The notes under the pieces were generated by a model. It was not told the DNA's origin and ran no database searches. It was given only the letters and a program-made list of their open reading frames with translations. A stretch of DNA of 63,180 bases, counting the filler, from Diploschistes diacapsis (Eukaryota): NCBI GenBank assembly GCA_023645945.1. It is 17 parts of 17 records of this genome, joined end to end, with 100 filler letters (N's around TTAATTAATTAA, not from the genome) between each part and the next. Parts side by side here need not be neighbours in the genome. Positions count along the whole stretch, not along the records: positions 43,145 to 44,485 come from JALAIB010003283.1; positions 44,586 to 45,926 come from JALAIB010003284.1; positions 46,027 to 47,367 come from JALAIB010003285.1; positions 47,468 to 48,807 come from JALAIB010003286.1; positions 48,908 to 50,247 come from JALAIB010003287.1; positions 50,348 to 51,687 come from JALAIB010003288.1; positions 51,788 to 53,126 come from JALAIB010003289.1; positions 53,227 to 54,565 come from JALAIB010003290.1; 9 more parts are not named here. The stretch is one strand, 5' to 3'. Every line of letters begins with the position of its first letter. Positions within the stretch are counted from its first letter, which is position 1. The translations under genes and the position numbers were made by a program. Positions 43,900 through 55,080 of this stretch are shown one piece after another.

Positions 43900-44485
43900 T
43901 ATATTAAATTGTATTTAGATAAAACCGGTCAGTCGATTAGAGATTTAATTGGTTCAAACGATGATATCCTTCTCCCGTATGTTTTATATAAAGATAGCCT
44001 TTATTATTTATTCGAGAACGAAGAAGAATTTGCTTTCGTTATATAGTTAGATCGAGCTAAAGTTTCTCAACGCATAATATAAGAATTACTTCAAGATCCT
44101 CGATTAGACCGAATGTTTAACGGATTATTTTCGAGAATTACGGAACATCTACGAAGCAAAATACATCAAATACCTTACGATATCATAAATGACGAATAAG
44201 AATATCGTAAGATTTCAATATCTTCCAAAATCGCGGATATTTAAAATAATATATATTTAATTCGATATCGTCGAATTAAAGATTATATCCGTTTTTTATT
44301 AGGTCATCGTCCTTTCCGAAAGTATCTAGCATATAGATTAGAACGTCATTATAATAACGAAAATTCCTTAGCGGGATATCGTCTATATATAAAATTCTAT
44401 ACCGGAAATTAATAATAACGAATATAGATATTATTTCCTTCAGATTTAATATTTATATCTCTTATCGTTATAATCGATAAAATTA
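43900..44485 (+). mobile_element. Plavaka-type transposase relic
   Basis: Degraded frame EEEFAFVI*LDRAKVSQ...YRRIKDYIRFLLGHRPFRKYLAY...RLYIKFYTGN**..I*ILFPSD..FISLIVIIDK resembles the Plavaka pattern 'YRD....I.FLLGH.PF...LVY...Y.E..TGDWW..Q..LP....PII..SDKT'. Confidence 0.7.
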
Positions 44486-44897
44486 NNNNNNNNNNNNNNN
44501 NNNNNNNNNNNNNNNNNNNNNNNNNNNNNTTAATTAATTAANNNNNNNNNNNNNNNNNNNNNNNNNNNNNNNNNNNNNNNNNNNNAAACACTTCTTTACT
44601 TTAATTAAAAGTCCCCCGTTAAATCTTTTAATTCCTTTCTTCTAATTAGGCCTAAATTTATCAATTAAAATATTAAAATCCATAACGTCGTTATTTATAT
44701 ATTTTATAATTTATATATATTTTTTATATAATTAATACGACATCGGGGTTTTAGATTAATAGTATTTTTTCGTTTAAAACGACGTTCTTAAGCTCGATTA
44801 AATAATCGATCGTTTATTATTAATATGTATATTTATAAAACGTTTAAATTTCTAATTTTATTTTAATTACGTATAAGTTCGTTTTTAATAGATTTAC

Positions 44898-45484
44898 TGT
44901 AACATCGGGGGGAAGTGCCTAATAGGTAGCGCTATCCCACTGAGCCAAAAGACTAACCACAATGCTCTCAGGAACCCCGAAGCACTGTTTCCCTATTACA
45001 CTATTTGTAGGTACGTGGCTGTGGCAGCAGGTGGCAGATGTGTAACCCCGCAGACCTTACAACTATCTCCCCTCCCCACAATACTGGCCCTTAGCGCACT
45101 GACTAACCCCGCACCTATTACGTCTCATATAGCGCCCCGAGTATATTAAATACCCTAAACCGTTTATCGCAATTATTTATAATAATTTAGAGGCCCCTAG
45201 ACATGTTCATTGCGCTCCCGAACAAATTCACACCTATAAATAACAATAGTACGCAATTAATTCGATTTATAAATAACAAAACTATACTCGAACCAACGAT
45301 CTAAAAACTAAAAATATAATTATAATAGCGGGAAGAAATGTTTAATAAATAACGCTATCCCACTAAATCAAAAAATTAACCACAATGCTCTCAGAAACCC
45401 CGAAGCACTGTTTCCCTATTACACTATATATAGGTACGTGGCTGTAACAGCAGGTGGCAGATGTGTAACCCCGTAGGCCTTACA
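44898..45484 (-). mobile_element. TRIM-like element, copy 2
   Basis: 164-bp LTRs at 45484-45321 and 45061-44898. The 259-bp interior is homologous to copy 1, with a PPT. Confidence 0.85.
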
Positions 45485-45490
45485 ACTAAC

Positions 45491-45684
45491 TGTAAAGGTT
45501 AATACTACAGTGTGATAATAAGGCAGATGAGTGGTTATTCGGTAGCTAAATCTTTGCTAGACGATAGATGTACTGATGAAATAACTTCTAAAGAACTATC
45601 TCTGTCTGCGAAAACTCTGTTCTTATATAAAAACACGCTAACGGGCCTTAATATATACTTGACATACCTTTTAATAACCTTTAT
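45491..45684 (+). mobile_element. Solo-LTR-like element (TGTAAAGG...CCTTTA)
   Basis: Terminal inverted motif TGTAAAGG / CCTTTAT. Similar 5' ends occur at 49491 and 55575. The 3' end is abutted by a MITE. Confidence 0.45.
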
Positions 45685-45926
45685 TAGGCTGGCCGTCACT
45701 GACACTGACACGGCCGTGTCAGTGTCCGTGTTTTAGATTTTTTAGCTGCGGTGTCCGTGTCCGTGGATTTACGGAAATGCAGTGTCCGTGTTAGTGTCAA
45801 TATTTTAATTTTTTTAATTATAGTGTCCGTGTCCGTGGATTTACGGAAATATAATGTCCGTATTAGTATCCGTGTTTTAAAAAATTTAATTGCGGTATCC
45901 GTATCCGTGCATTCATTATAATATAA
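45685..45926 (+). mobile_element. hAT-type MITE partial copy
   Basis: TAGGCTGGCCGTC followed by GTGTCCGTGT repeats to the contig end. Confidence 0.8.
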
Positions 45927-46026
45927 NNNNNNNNNNNNNNNNNNNNNNNNNNNNNNNNNNNNNNNNNNNNTTAATTAATTAANNNNNNNNNNNNNNNNNN
46001 NNNNNNNNNNNNNNNNNNNNNNNNNN

Positions 46027-46287
46027 ATTATAGATTTTCTTCTTTTTTTTGGATCCTTTCTATTAGCGGGGGTTATTATTTATAATAAATCGGCGGATAA
46101 TACTTTCGAATTCGATTAACGTTTTAAACTTTCGTCACGAGTGCGAAGGTAAAGTAAGATTTTCGAATATGAAACGCCAGCGTAGAAAAGAATGTTATTT
46201 TATCGGGAACTAGGTCTGATCCGGAAGAATTAAGTATAGTTTAAACGTCTATAGATAAAAGATCTCGATTCGAAAACTGAACAAGAA
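46027..46287 (-). mobile_element. Gypsy LTR 3' half plus 5' internal leader (TGAGAC family), inverted
   Basis: The reverse complement matches about 46469-46730 and the 51310-51600 region. Confidence 0.75.
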
Positions 46288-46799
46288 TGAGACAGCCCAG
46301 CCCAGGGGCCTGCCAAGCTGGGCCTGCCAAGCCACGGCAGGGTTAATGCCCAGGTGCTTGCCAAGACACGGCAGGGTCAGGAATTGGTTGTATAGACGGG
46401 TAATCCTCGAATCCCGGTAAATTTAACATTCATATTATTTAACGGTATCTTCCTTTTATTTAAATGATTTCTTCTTTAGCTTTTCGAATCGAGATCTTTT
46501 ATTTATAGATGCTTAAGTTATATTTAATCTTACTAAATTAGGTTTAGCTCCCGATAAAATAATGTTTTTTTTACGCTGGCGTTTTATATTCGAAAAGTTT
46601 ATTTTATTTTCGTATTCGTAATAAAAGTTTAAAACGTTAATCGAACTCGAAAGTATTATTCGCCGATTTATTATAAATAATGATTCCCGCTGATAAAAAG
46701 GATTAAAAAAGAAGAAGAAAATTTATAATATCTTCGACTTTTAAAAAATTAACCAAGATTTTAACGATTGAAAAATACGATTTAAGAAACGAATCGATA
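46288..46799 (+). mobile_element. Gypsy 5' LTR (46288-46586) with self-priming PBS and leader
   Basis: TGAGAC...GTTTTA (RIP form of GTTTCA). TTCGAAAAG directly after the LTR is complementary to AGCTTTTCGAA at 46478-46488 inside it. Confidence 0.75.
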
Positions 46800-47367
46800 A
46801 CGTGTTTGACGGTGAGTCCGGCCACCCCCAGAGTCCGGCCACCTTAAATCACTGTTTTCATCTTATATTCGATTTTTCTCAACAATGACTACCTCGCATC
46901 GCAATAATTCGATTTTAATAGAATTTAATATCAACGACTGTTTACAGGCCCTAAAATCATAACAATATACCAACATTCGAGAAACTGCCCGCGCATTTAA
47001 AATATCTCGATCGACCATTATAGATCGACTTAATAAAACTCAATCATGCTTTAATAGCCACGAAACGACTTAAATCCTTTCAAATTTAAAAGAAAAGACA
47101 TTAGTACGATGAATTACACGTTTTACACAAACTGGCTTTCCTACATCGCCTGCGTTGGTGATAGATATGGCCGAAAAAATTCGACGCGAACGTATTCGAT
47201 TCGGTTCGAATTTAAAAATCACGATCGCGAATCTTTAACCTATCGATAAACATTAGGTATCGCGATTTCGCAAACGATTTCCTAAAATTACTAATATCTA
47301 AACAAAATAAATCGAGTTTAATAAATTTAATACGATAAATTACGAGGCTATACAACGATAGTTCGAT
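46800..47367 (+). mobile_element. Fot1/pogo transposon 5' part
   Basis: TA|ACGTGTTTGACGG TIR. From 46885 the frame reads MTTSHRN...NIRETARAFKISRSTIIDRL...EKTLVR*ITRFTQTGFP...MAEKIR...IDKH*VSRFRKRFP (psq plus CENP-B HTH). Confidence 0.85.
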
Positions 47368-47467
47368 NNNNNNNNNNNNNNNNNNNNNNNNNNNNNNNNN
47401 NNNNNNNNNNNTTAATTAATTAANNNNNNNNNNNNNNNNNNNNNNNNNNNNNNNNNNNNNNNNNNNN

Positions 47468-47679
47468 CTGACACGGACATTACATTATAAAAAAAACACG
47501 GACACGGACATTATAATTAAAAAATTTTAAATATTAATACTGATATGGACACTGCACTCCCGTGAATCCACGGACACGGACACCGTAATTAAAAAATCTA
47601 AAACACTGACACTGACACTGACACTGTCAGTGTCCGTGTCACTGACATGGCCGTATCAGTGTCAGTGACGGCCAGCCTA
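47468..47679 (-). mobile_element. hAT-type MITE partial copy
   Basis: ACACGGACAC repeats ending in ACGGCCAGCCTA. Confidence 0.8.
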
Positions 47680-48026
47680 GTAAAACCGATAAACGACTTT
47701 ACACGAATAATAATTATAAACGAATCTTCGCGATCAACGTTATAACCTTCGATATCGCCAGTCGATAAAACGGGATAAAAATCTTAGCTATCTCGATAAA
47801 AAAAATCGATCAATAATAATAAAAACGATAGAGAATAATAACGAAGAAACTTTCGCGATTCAATATTAAAAAATATCACGATTATTTAAACGTGTTTAAT
47901 GACGAAAGAATTAACGAGTTATTCCCGTATCGCCTATAATAAGATTATAAAATCGAACGAAAGAAAAGAACCGTCTTACTTGAATCGGAGCCATTAAAAA
48001 GAATATCGATAAACGAATTACAAATA
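47680..48026 (+). mobile_element. Gypsy pol relic (pre-RT linker)
   Basis: YHDYLNVFNDERINELFPYR...DYKIE resembles the Gypsy motif 'EY.DVF....A..LPPHR..DHKIEL'. Confidence 0.55.
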
Positions 48027-48807
48027 ACGTGTTTGACGGGGAACCGGGCCACCCCCAGAAATGGGCCACCTCTCATTACAACTTTCATCTTTTTCTTCGA
48101 TTTTTTCAATAATGACTACCTCGCATCGTAATAATTCGATTTTAATAGAATTTAATATTAACGACTGTTTATAGGCTCTAAATTCTTAATAATATACTAA
48201 CGTTCGAGAAACTATCCGCGTATTTAAAGTTCCTCGTTTAACCATTATACGTCGATTTATTAAAGTATAATTACGTTCTAATAATCACGAATCGAGTTAA
48301 ATCCTTTTAAATCTTAAAAAAAAAACATTAATACGATAGATTACACGTCTTATATAAACTGGCTTTCCTATATCGCCTGCGTTAATAATAGAAATGGCCG
48401 AAAAAATTCGACGCGAAAGAATTTAATTCGGTTTAAATTTAGAAATCACGATCGCGAATCTTTAATCTATCGGTAAAAATTAAGTATCGCGATTTCGCAA
48501 ACGATTTCCTAAAATTATTAATATCTAGACGAGATAGATTAAGTCGAATAGATTTAATGCGATAAGTTACGAGATTATATAACGGTGGTTCGATATAATG
48601 ATAACTTAATATAATAAGGAATAATACGCGCCCGAATATATCTATAATATAAACGAGTTAGATTTTAATATTAATAATAGTTTTTTTTAAAGCCTTCGTT
48701 TCGAGTCGAATAGACTTGAATTAAAAGATTATTAAAAAAACAAAAGTAAATAATTACGATGGAATATTTTTCAATTATTGGCGGGATATTACCGCCTATA
48801 ATTATTT
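48027..48807 (+). mobile_element. Fot1/pogo transposon 5' part
   Basis: TA|ACGTGTTTGACGG TIR and a transposase relic colinear with the 46800 copy, extending to a YNINE (YNMDE-like) motif. Confidence 0.85.
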
Positions 48808-48907
48808 NNNNNNNNNNNNNNNNNNNNNNNNNNNNNNNNNNNNNNNNNNNNTTAATTAATTAANNNNNNNNNNNNNNNNNNNNNNNNNNNNNNNNNNNNN
48901 NNNNNNN

Positions 48908-49174
48908 GTATTAATATTAATATTAATATTAATATTTTAGATTTTTTAGCTGCAGTGTCCGTGTCCGTGCTTTCACTGCAGTGTAGTGTCAGTGTCAGTG
49001 GCACGGAACGGCCAGCCTAATTTAAAAGTGTTTCGGTGAATGCACGGACACGGACACCGCAATAAAAAATTTCTCGGCATGGACACTGACACGGACACTA
49101 CATTGCAGTGAAAACACGGACACGGACACCGCAGCTAAAAAATCTAAAACACTGACACTGTGACGGCCAGCCTA
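48908..49174. mobile_element. Two adjacent or nested hAT-type MITE ends
   Basis: ACGGCCAGCCTA termini at 49019 and 49174, with internal repeats in opposite orientations. Confidence 0.75.
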
Positions 49175-49490
49175 ATTTGCAATACCTCTATAAAAACGGT
49201 TGAAAGAGTTAGACAAGTCAGTAAAGAGATTAGAAACAGATATTGATGACAAATGAAGTTTAATTCGTGAAGTAGAAATGAAATCGACGTAAATATAAAC
49301 GGTTATATAAAATTTTAATAAAAAAAACCCCTCGAATTATTTAAAAACATATCTAATAAATTAAATATAAATTAAAGAAGAATCTGATCCGCGTAATTTA
49401 ATCATAAGCGAATCGATCATTAATCGTAATTTATTACACGGACTAACACTCTATTCATTATTTTTATTTAGAGTGTTGACCCGTGTCATG

Positions 49491-49667
49491 TGTAAAGGGT
49501 AGAATACGACAGTGTGGCAAGATGGCTGTAACAGGGTGGATTCCTGTCAGGACTACTTACTAGGGAAGAGAAGAGAGTAAGAAAGACAAAAATCCCCTTT
49601 CAAATACCAGCTAGCCAAGATCCTGAATGTCGCTTAAACTCTTAACGTCCTCGGCGTCCTCTTAACA
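49491..49667 (+). mobile_element. Solo-LTR-like element
   Basis: TGT...ACA, 177 bp. Homologous to 59397-59575 (shared GAAGAGAAGAGAGTAAGAAAG..AAAATCCCC..TCAA.TACCAGC.AGCCAAGA). No TSD found. Confidence 0.6.
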
Positions 49668-49768
49668 TAATTTTATAATTATTTCTCGCTTTCCTGTTCA
49701 GGTCTTTTAGAAATATAAATATGATTCTTTCATTATCTAATATTATAAATTAAGTAATTAATTTAATA

Positions 49769-50247
49769 ACGTGTTTCACGGTCATCTCGGCCACCTTATA
49801 TTGGGATATTTATTATTCTTTCGGTTTTTCTCGACAATGGCCGCTTCGCATCGAAATCATTCGATATTATTAAAATCGGATATTAACGACTGTTTATAGA
49901 ATCTAAATATTTAATAATATATTAATATTTAAGCGATAGTTGGCGTATTTAAAGTTTCTCGATCGATTATTATAGATCGATTTAATAAAATATAATTATA
50001 TTTTAATAATTACGAATCCACTTAAATCCTTTTAAATTTAAAAGAGGGATATTAATATAATAAATTATACGTTTTATATGAACCGGTTTTTCTACATTGT
50101 TTATATTAATAATAAAAATAATAAAAATAATTTTACGCGAAAAAATTTAATTCGATTCGAATTTAAAAGTCACGATCACAAATTTTTAATTTATTAATAA
50201 AAATTAAATATCGGGATTCCGTAAACGATTTCTTAAAATTATTAATA
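49769..50247 (+). mobile_element. Fot1/pogo transposon 5' part, heavily RIP-mutated
   Basis: TA|ACGTGTTTCACGG TIR and MAASHRNHS... homologous to the 46885 frame. Confidence 0.8.
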
Positions 50248-50424
50248 NNNNNNNNNNNNNNNNNNNNNNNNNNNNNNNNNNNNNNNNNNNNTTAATTAAT
50301 TAANNNNNNNNNNNNNNNNNNNNNNNNNNNNNNNNNNNNNNNNNNNNCTTTGCGCGTATTTTTTAGAAACGGAATCTAATATTGAACCTACGATTGAATT
50401 AAAAGGAATTTATTTGATCGATTG

Positions 50425-50811
50425 TGAGACAAATCAGCCCAGGGGCCTGCCAAGCCACGGCAGGGTTAGTGCCCAGGGGCTTGCCAAGCCACGGCAGGGT
50501 TAGTGCCCAGAGGCTTGCCAAGCCACGGCAGGGTTAATGCCCAGGTGCTTGCCAAGACACGGCAGGGTCAATGCCAGGTGCTAGCCAAGACACGGCAGGG
50601 TCAGGGGGTGGCTGTGTAGAAGGGTAGTCCCCGAACCCCGATAGGTTGGGCACCTACACTACTTAACGGTGCCCTCCTCCCACCTAGATAGTTCCTTCTT
50701 CAGCTTTTCGAATCGAGACCTTTTACCTGCAGATGCCCAGCAACACGTAATCCTTCCGGATCAGGCCCAACCCCCGGTATTGTAGTATCCCATTCCTGCG
50801 CTGGCGTTTCA
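50425..50811 (+). mobile_element. LTR (TGAGAC family) with an internal 34-bp tandem array
   Basis: TGAGAC...GTTTCA. GCCAAGCCACGGCAGGGTTAGTGCCCAGGGGCTT occurs about 4.5 times (50449-50603). Little RIP compared with the flanks. Confidence 0.8.
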
Positions 50812-51108
50812 CGTAACGCTCGTTCTTTAATCGACGTATTATAGTTTTATTTTATACGAGATTAAATATTTTATAAACGATTAAATTATAATCGGAAATT
50901 ATATAAACAATAAAATAATCTTATTATTACGATCCGTTAAATATTAATCATTCGATTTTTATTAGCCCCGAATATAATTCCGACAAATCCAGTCCGTCAG
51001 AACGCTTTAGCGTCCGACGAGAAAAACGACAGCGATATGCCGCCGAATAAGTCCTATAAGAAGTTTACGCGGGAAATAAGTTTAACCGCGACGGGGTCGG
51101 CCGAAAAC

Positions 51109-51687
51109 TGAGACAGATCAGCCCAAACGCCTGCCAAGCCACGGGGATCATGTGACGACAGGGTCACATGACGGCAGGGTCACATGACAGGTGCCAACCG
51201 TGCCAAGGATGTTAAAGGGTGGCTGTGTAGGCGGGTAGGACCCGAACCCCGTAGGGCTGGCATTTATATACTATTTATTCCTGCCATCTTCTTATTTAGA
51301 TAATTTCTTTTCTAACTTTTCGAATCGAAACTTTTTATCTATAAATGCCCAGTTATACGTAATCCTTCCGGATCAGACCCAGCCCCCGATAATATAATAT
51401 TCCATTCTTGCGTTAACGTTTCATATTCGAAAAGCTTATTTTATTTTCGCATTTATAACGAGAATTTAAAACGTTAACCGAATTAAATATTCAAATAAAT
51501 TTACGATAACCGGAATTTAAAAGTATTACCCGTCGATTTATTATAAATAATAATTCCCGTTGATAGAAAGGATTAAAAAAAAGGAAAGAATCGATAATAG
51601 TTCAGCCTTTTAAAGAATCAACCGAGATACCATCGATTAAAAAATACGATTTAATAATTAAATCGTTAATAAAAAATAATTTATAAG
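51109..51687 (+). mobile_element. Gypsy 5' LTR (51109-51423) with PBS and leader
   Basis: TGAGAC...GTTTCA followed by TTCGAAAAGCT (51426-51436). The leader is homologous to 46590-46790. Confidence 0.8.
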
Positions 51688-52029
51688 NNNNNNNNNNNNN
51701 NNNNNNNNNNNNNNNNNNNNNNNNNNNNNNNTTAATTAATTAANNNNNNNNNNNNNNNNNNNNNNNNNNNNNNNNNNNNNNNNNNNNCGTATGTAACTTA
51801 TAGCAAAAACGGTTTGCTTTTTTATTCTTTTTTGCTTTATGGGTTCTAATAAAAGTATAACACGAGTTATAATAATCAATGTTTTAGCTTCTTGCGGTTT
51901 TTATAATATTTATTTAGTTTAAGGTCTCGTATAACGAGTTCTTATACGTTTTTCGTTTCGTCGGCTTTATCGTTATTTCCGGAATCGTTTTTTCTGATTT
52001 CCGCGGTATTCGTTATAATAGTATCGGAT

Positions 52030-52243
52030 TGGAACATCCTGAACGTTTGTGGGTTCAAGGGTTGAACCCCGTAGGGCTGACCTGAGGAAGTATTTATACC
52101 TCGCTAATTCCCACCTAGTTAGTTTCTTCCTTACCTTTTCGAATCTGAACCATTCAGCCTACAGATGCCCAGTTACATGTAATCCGTCCGGATCAGGCTC
52201 AGCCCCCCGGTAATGTAGCACCTAATCCTGTAGGGCCATTCTA
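52030..52243 (+). mobile_element. Solo LTR with a 5-bp TSD
   Basis: TGGAAC...ATTCTA (RIP form of GTTCCA) flanked by CGGAT at 52025-52029 and 52244-52248. Its 3' half is related to the TGAGAC LTRs. Second copy at 62352-62566. Confidence 0.85.
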
Positions 52244-52639
52244 CGGATTATGGTTTATTTACGAATTTAGTTATTAAAGGCGATTTTTCTGTCGTGTTAC
52301 CCGAAGTATTTATTCTTAAAGGTGTTTAAGTGTTATAATATTCATCTCTATAAAATAGACACGAGGTATTAATTAATTAAGGTAAGTTTGATCTCGTATA
52401 AAAGAAGAGTATGGATAGGAAAAAAAGGTTAAAACAATTATAGATTTTAGATTATTTATGAAAGAAAGTTTTAATTACAGAACATAATAAGTATAGTTTG
52501 ATTCCGATCTTTAATTAAAAATATTTATAAAAGTAAATATATTAAAATATAAACGGTCTTAATAGAAAAATTATATATTATAATTTTCGATGGAATATTA
52601 GGCTTTATTCTTTCTACTTTTAAGAAGGGAAGGGAGCGG

Positions 52640-52798
52640 TGGCGATAGCTCCTATAGAGTAGAAAAAACGCTACCCATTGCTCCTAAGGAGCACATAGAA
52701 CGGCGCCTCTTGCTCCAACAGCTCACGTGACCGCCGTCCGCGCGAGGTTCCTAAGTGAATGGCTGGGACGTGACAGGTTAGATACCTGGATCGTAAGA
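52640..52798 (-). mobile_element. LTR fragment related to the TGTTACGATCC family
   Basis: Reverse strand reads TCTTACGATCCAGGTATC...CACGTCCCAGC...GTCACGTGA, resembling the 61380 and 54930 copies. Confidence 0.5.
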
Positions 52799-53048
52799 GT
52801 TACGAGCTTTCGATTAAAAAAGCGGTCTAGAAGCGATCGGCCAGTTTTTTTCTTATATTTAATATTTAATCCTTTTCGGGGATTCTTGCTTCGGTTATAA
52901 GTACCGTGAATTAAATTAAAAATTCGTTGAATTCGTTATTATTTTATTATAACTTTCGATAATTATTTATAATGGTTAATCGAGCATTCTTATTTATTTA
53001 TTGATTATTCAATCGTTTAAATAATATTTCGGCGGAAGTAATTCAATT

Positions 53049-53126
53049 TAGGCTGGCCGTCATTGACACTGACACTAACAATGTCAGTGTCCGTGTTTTA
53101 GATTTTTTAACTACGGTATCCGTGTC
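53049..53126 (+). mobile_element. hAT-type MITE end
   Basis: TAGGCTGGCCGTC followed by GTGTCCGTG repeats. Confidence 0.8.
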
Positions 53127-53226
53127 NNNNNNNNNNNNNNNNNNNNNNNNNNNNNNNNNNNNNNNNNNNNTTAATTAATTAANNNNNNNNNNNNNNNNNN
53201 NNNNNNNNNNNNNNNNNNNNNNNNNN

Positions 53227-53583
53227 ATTTCTTGGCAAAAGTGGCCGGAATCTGGGGGTGGCCAGAATCCCCGTGAAACACGTTATAGAAAAACTAGTTT
53301 ATATAAAACGTATAATCTATCGTATTAATATCTTTTATTTTAATTTAAGAAGATTTAAGCCGATTCGTGGTTATTAAAATTAAATCATTACTTATTAAAT
53401 CGATCTATAACGGTCGATCGAGAAATTTTAAATACGGAAACGATCGCTTAAATGTTAACTTTTAATAGTATCGAATTATTTCGATGCGAAACGGCTATTA
53501 TCGAAAAAAACCGAAAGAATGATAAATATCGCAATGTGAAACGTCCGAGCTTTAGGGGTGGCCGAGCTGACCGTGAAACACGT
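53227..53583. mobile_element. Two nested Fot1/pogo ends (a 3' TIR ending at 53283; a minus-strand 5' part ending at 53583)
   Basis: CCGTGAAACACGT|TA occurs twice. The sequence between them is the reverse complement of the transposase N-terminus. Confidence 0.8.
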
Positions 53584-53585
53584 TA

Positions 53586-54479
53586 TATAAAGTCCGTATT
53601 AAATCGAATAACTTCTCCGTTAATAACGCATCGGCAGGCTTTCGTTCCATAATTCCTTTTATTAAAGCTCGCGGGATAAACTGGTATTCTATTATTAATC
53701 CTTCTTGGATAAATTACGACTTAGCTGACCTACTACGATGGACCTACGTTGTGTCACCGTTTCCCTCGCCTTCCATCTTTTCTAGCCGGGGTAATTCATT
53801 TTCGGCTAATAATTCTTTATCCAAGCCTTTTTAAGTAAATAGCGTCTTAATGGACCTATGATAAATCTGCGGTATATTATCGTCTTTTTCGTTTTTCAAA
53901 TTTTCTGGCTCGGGTAATTTATTTTCGGCTTATGACTTTTTATTTAAGTTTTTTTAAGCAAATAGTATCTTAACCGACCTACGATGGATTTACGGTATAC
54001 TGCCGTTTTCCTCGCCTTCTAGGTTTCTAGCTTAGATTTGTTAATTTAAATTAACCATATATTATTTAAGTTTTTTAAATAAATAGCGCCTTAATTGACT
54101 TGCAATGGATCTATAGTATTTTATCGTTATCTCGTTTTCTAAGTTTATATTTTAGGTCGGAGTTTTTGAAACTTTCGTAATAGCGGCGCTTTTATGAAAG
54201 ATCTGCGGTATAATACCGAGCACGTTTCGGTGTGGTTTTATCGATATGTTATTTAATCTACCAAGTATTTGTTTTAAGCTAAGTAATAATCTATTAATGT
54301 GATAATCAGTATTATAATAATCTAGCCTTCGTGGCGAAGTATCGACCGGATTTATTTCGTCGAGGCGGTGCGTGATGATAAAATTAAAGTTGGGCATATT
54401 TTTTACCTCGTTTGCGTGTCGGTTAAAGAATCTTGATTCATAAAAATCTTTAAGATTTTTAATTCATAAGGATTTCGAT
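53586..54479 (-). mobile_element. Gypsy pol relic (RNase H end/linker) with ~123-bp internal repeats
   Basis: PNFNFIITHRLDEINPVDTSPRRLDY resembles 'FDF.I.HRPG..NPADA.SRRPDY'. About three diverged repeat units start near 53727, 53852 and 53976. Confidence 0.65.
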
Positions 54480-54565
54480 TGTAACCAACAGGGTTATAGG
54501 TCCCGCCACTACCACAGCTGCGCACCTACATATAATATAATAGGGAAACAGTGCTTCGGGGTTCC
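54480..54565 (+). mobile_element. LTR variant of the TRIM family (different 5' U3)
   Basis: TGTAACC... followed by the shared core GCACCTACATATA...ATAGGGAAACAGTGCTTCGGGGTTCC. Confidence 0.7.
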
Positions 54566-54665
54566 NNNNNNNNNNNNNNNNNNNNNNNNNNNNNNNNNNN
54601 NNNNNNNNNTTAATTAATTAANNNNNNNNNNNNNNNNNNNNNNNNNNNNNNNNNNNNNNNNNNNN

Positions 54666-54930
54666 AAAATAAACACGTCTTTTTTTACGGAAATAAAGTC
54701 GTGCTTATATATAGTTAACTCGCTCGCCGCTTATCGTAAGTTCAACGAGTAGTATTTTCGAGATTCGCCGCTTACGAGAATAAACGCGACCATCGAGCGA
54801 TAACGAAAGCTTATTCGCCGCTTATAAGAATAAACGTGAGCAATAAACATGTCACGTGACCCCCCGTCCCGTAACTGGTCTATATACAACAAAGCTGGGA
54901 CGTGCCAATTCTAGTACTTGGATCGTAACA
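54666..54930 (-). mobile_element. LTR, TGTTACGATCC family
   Basis: The reverse complement matches 61380-61640. Confidence 0.7.
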
Positions 54931-55080
54931 CGTACGCGTTAGATATCGGGTAAATCGCCGTTTTAATATTAAGAAAGGAAATAATATTTATTTTTTATAT
55001 TCACGTACGGAGATAACGCATAACCGTCCGCGTATATAATTTAAATAATTAAATTTTATTCTCGATTACCGGGTTGTTTC

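Noticed and set aside
50449..50603. 34-bp repeats as a possible CRISPR array
   Set aside because: The units are directly tandem with no unique spacers, lie inside an LTR, and there are no cas genes in this eukaryotic context.
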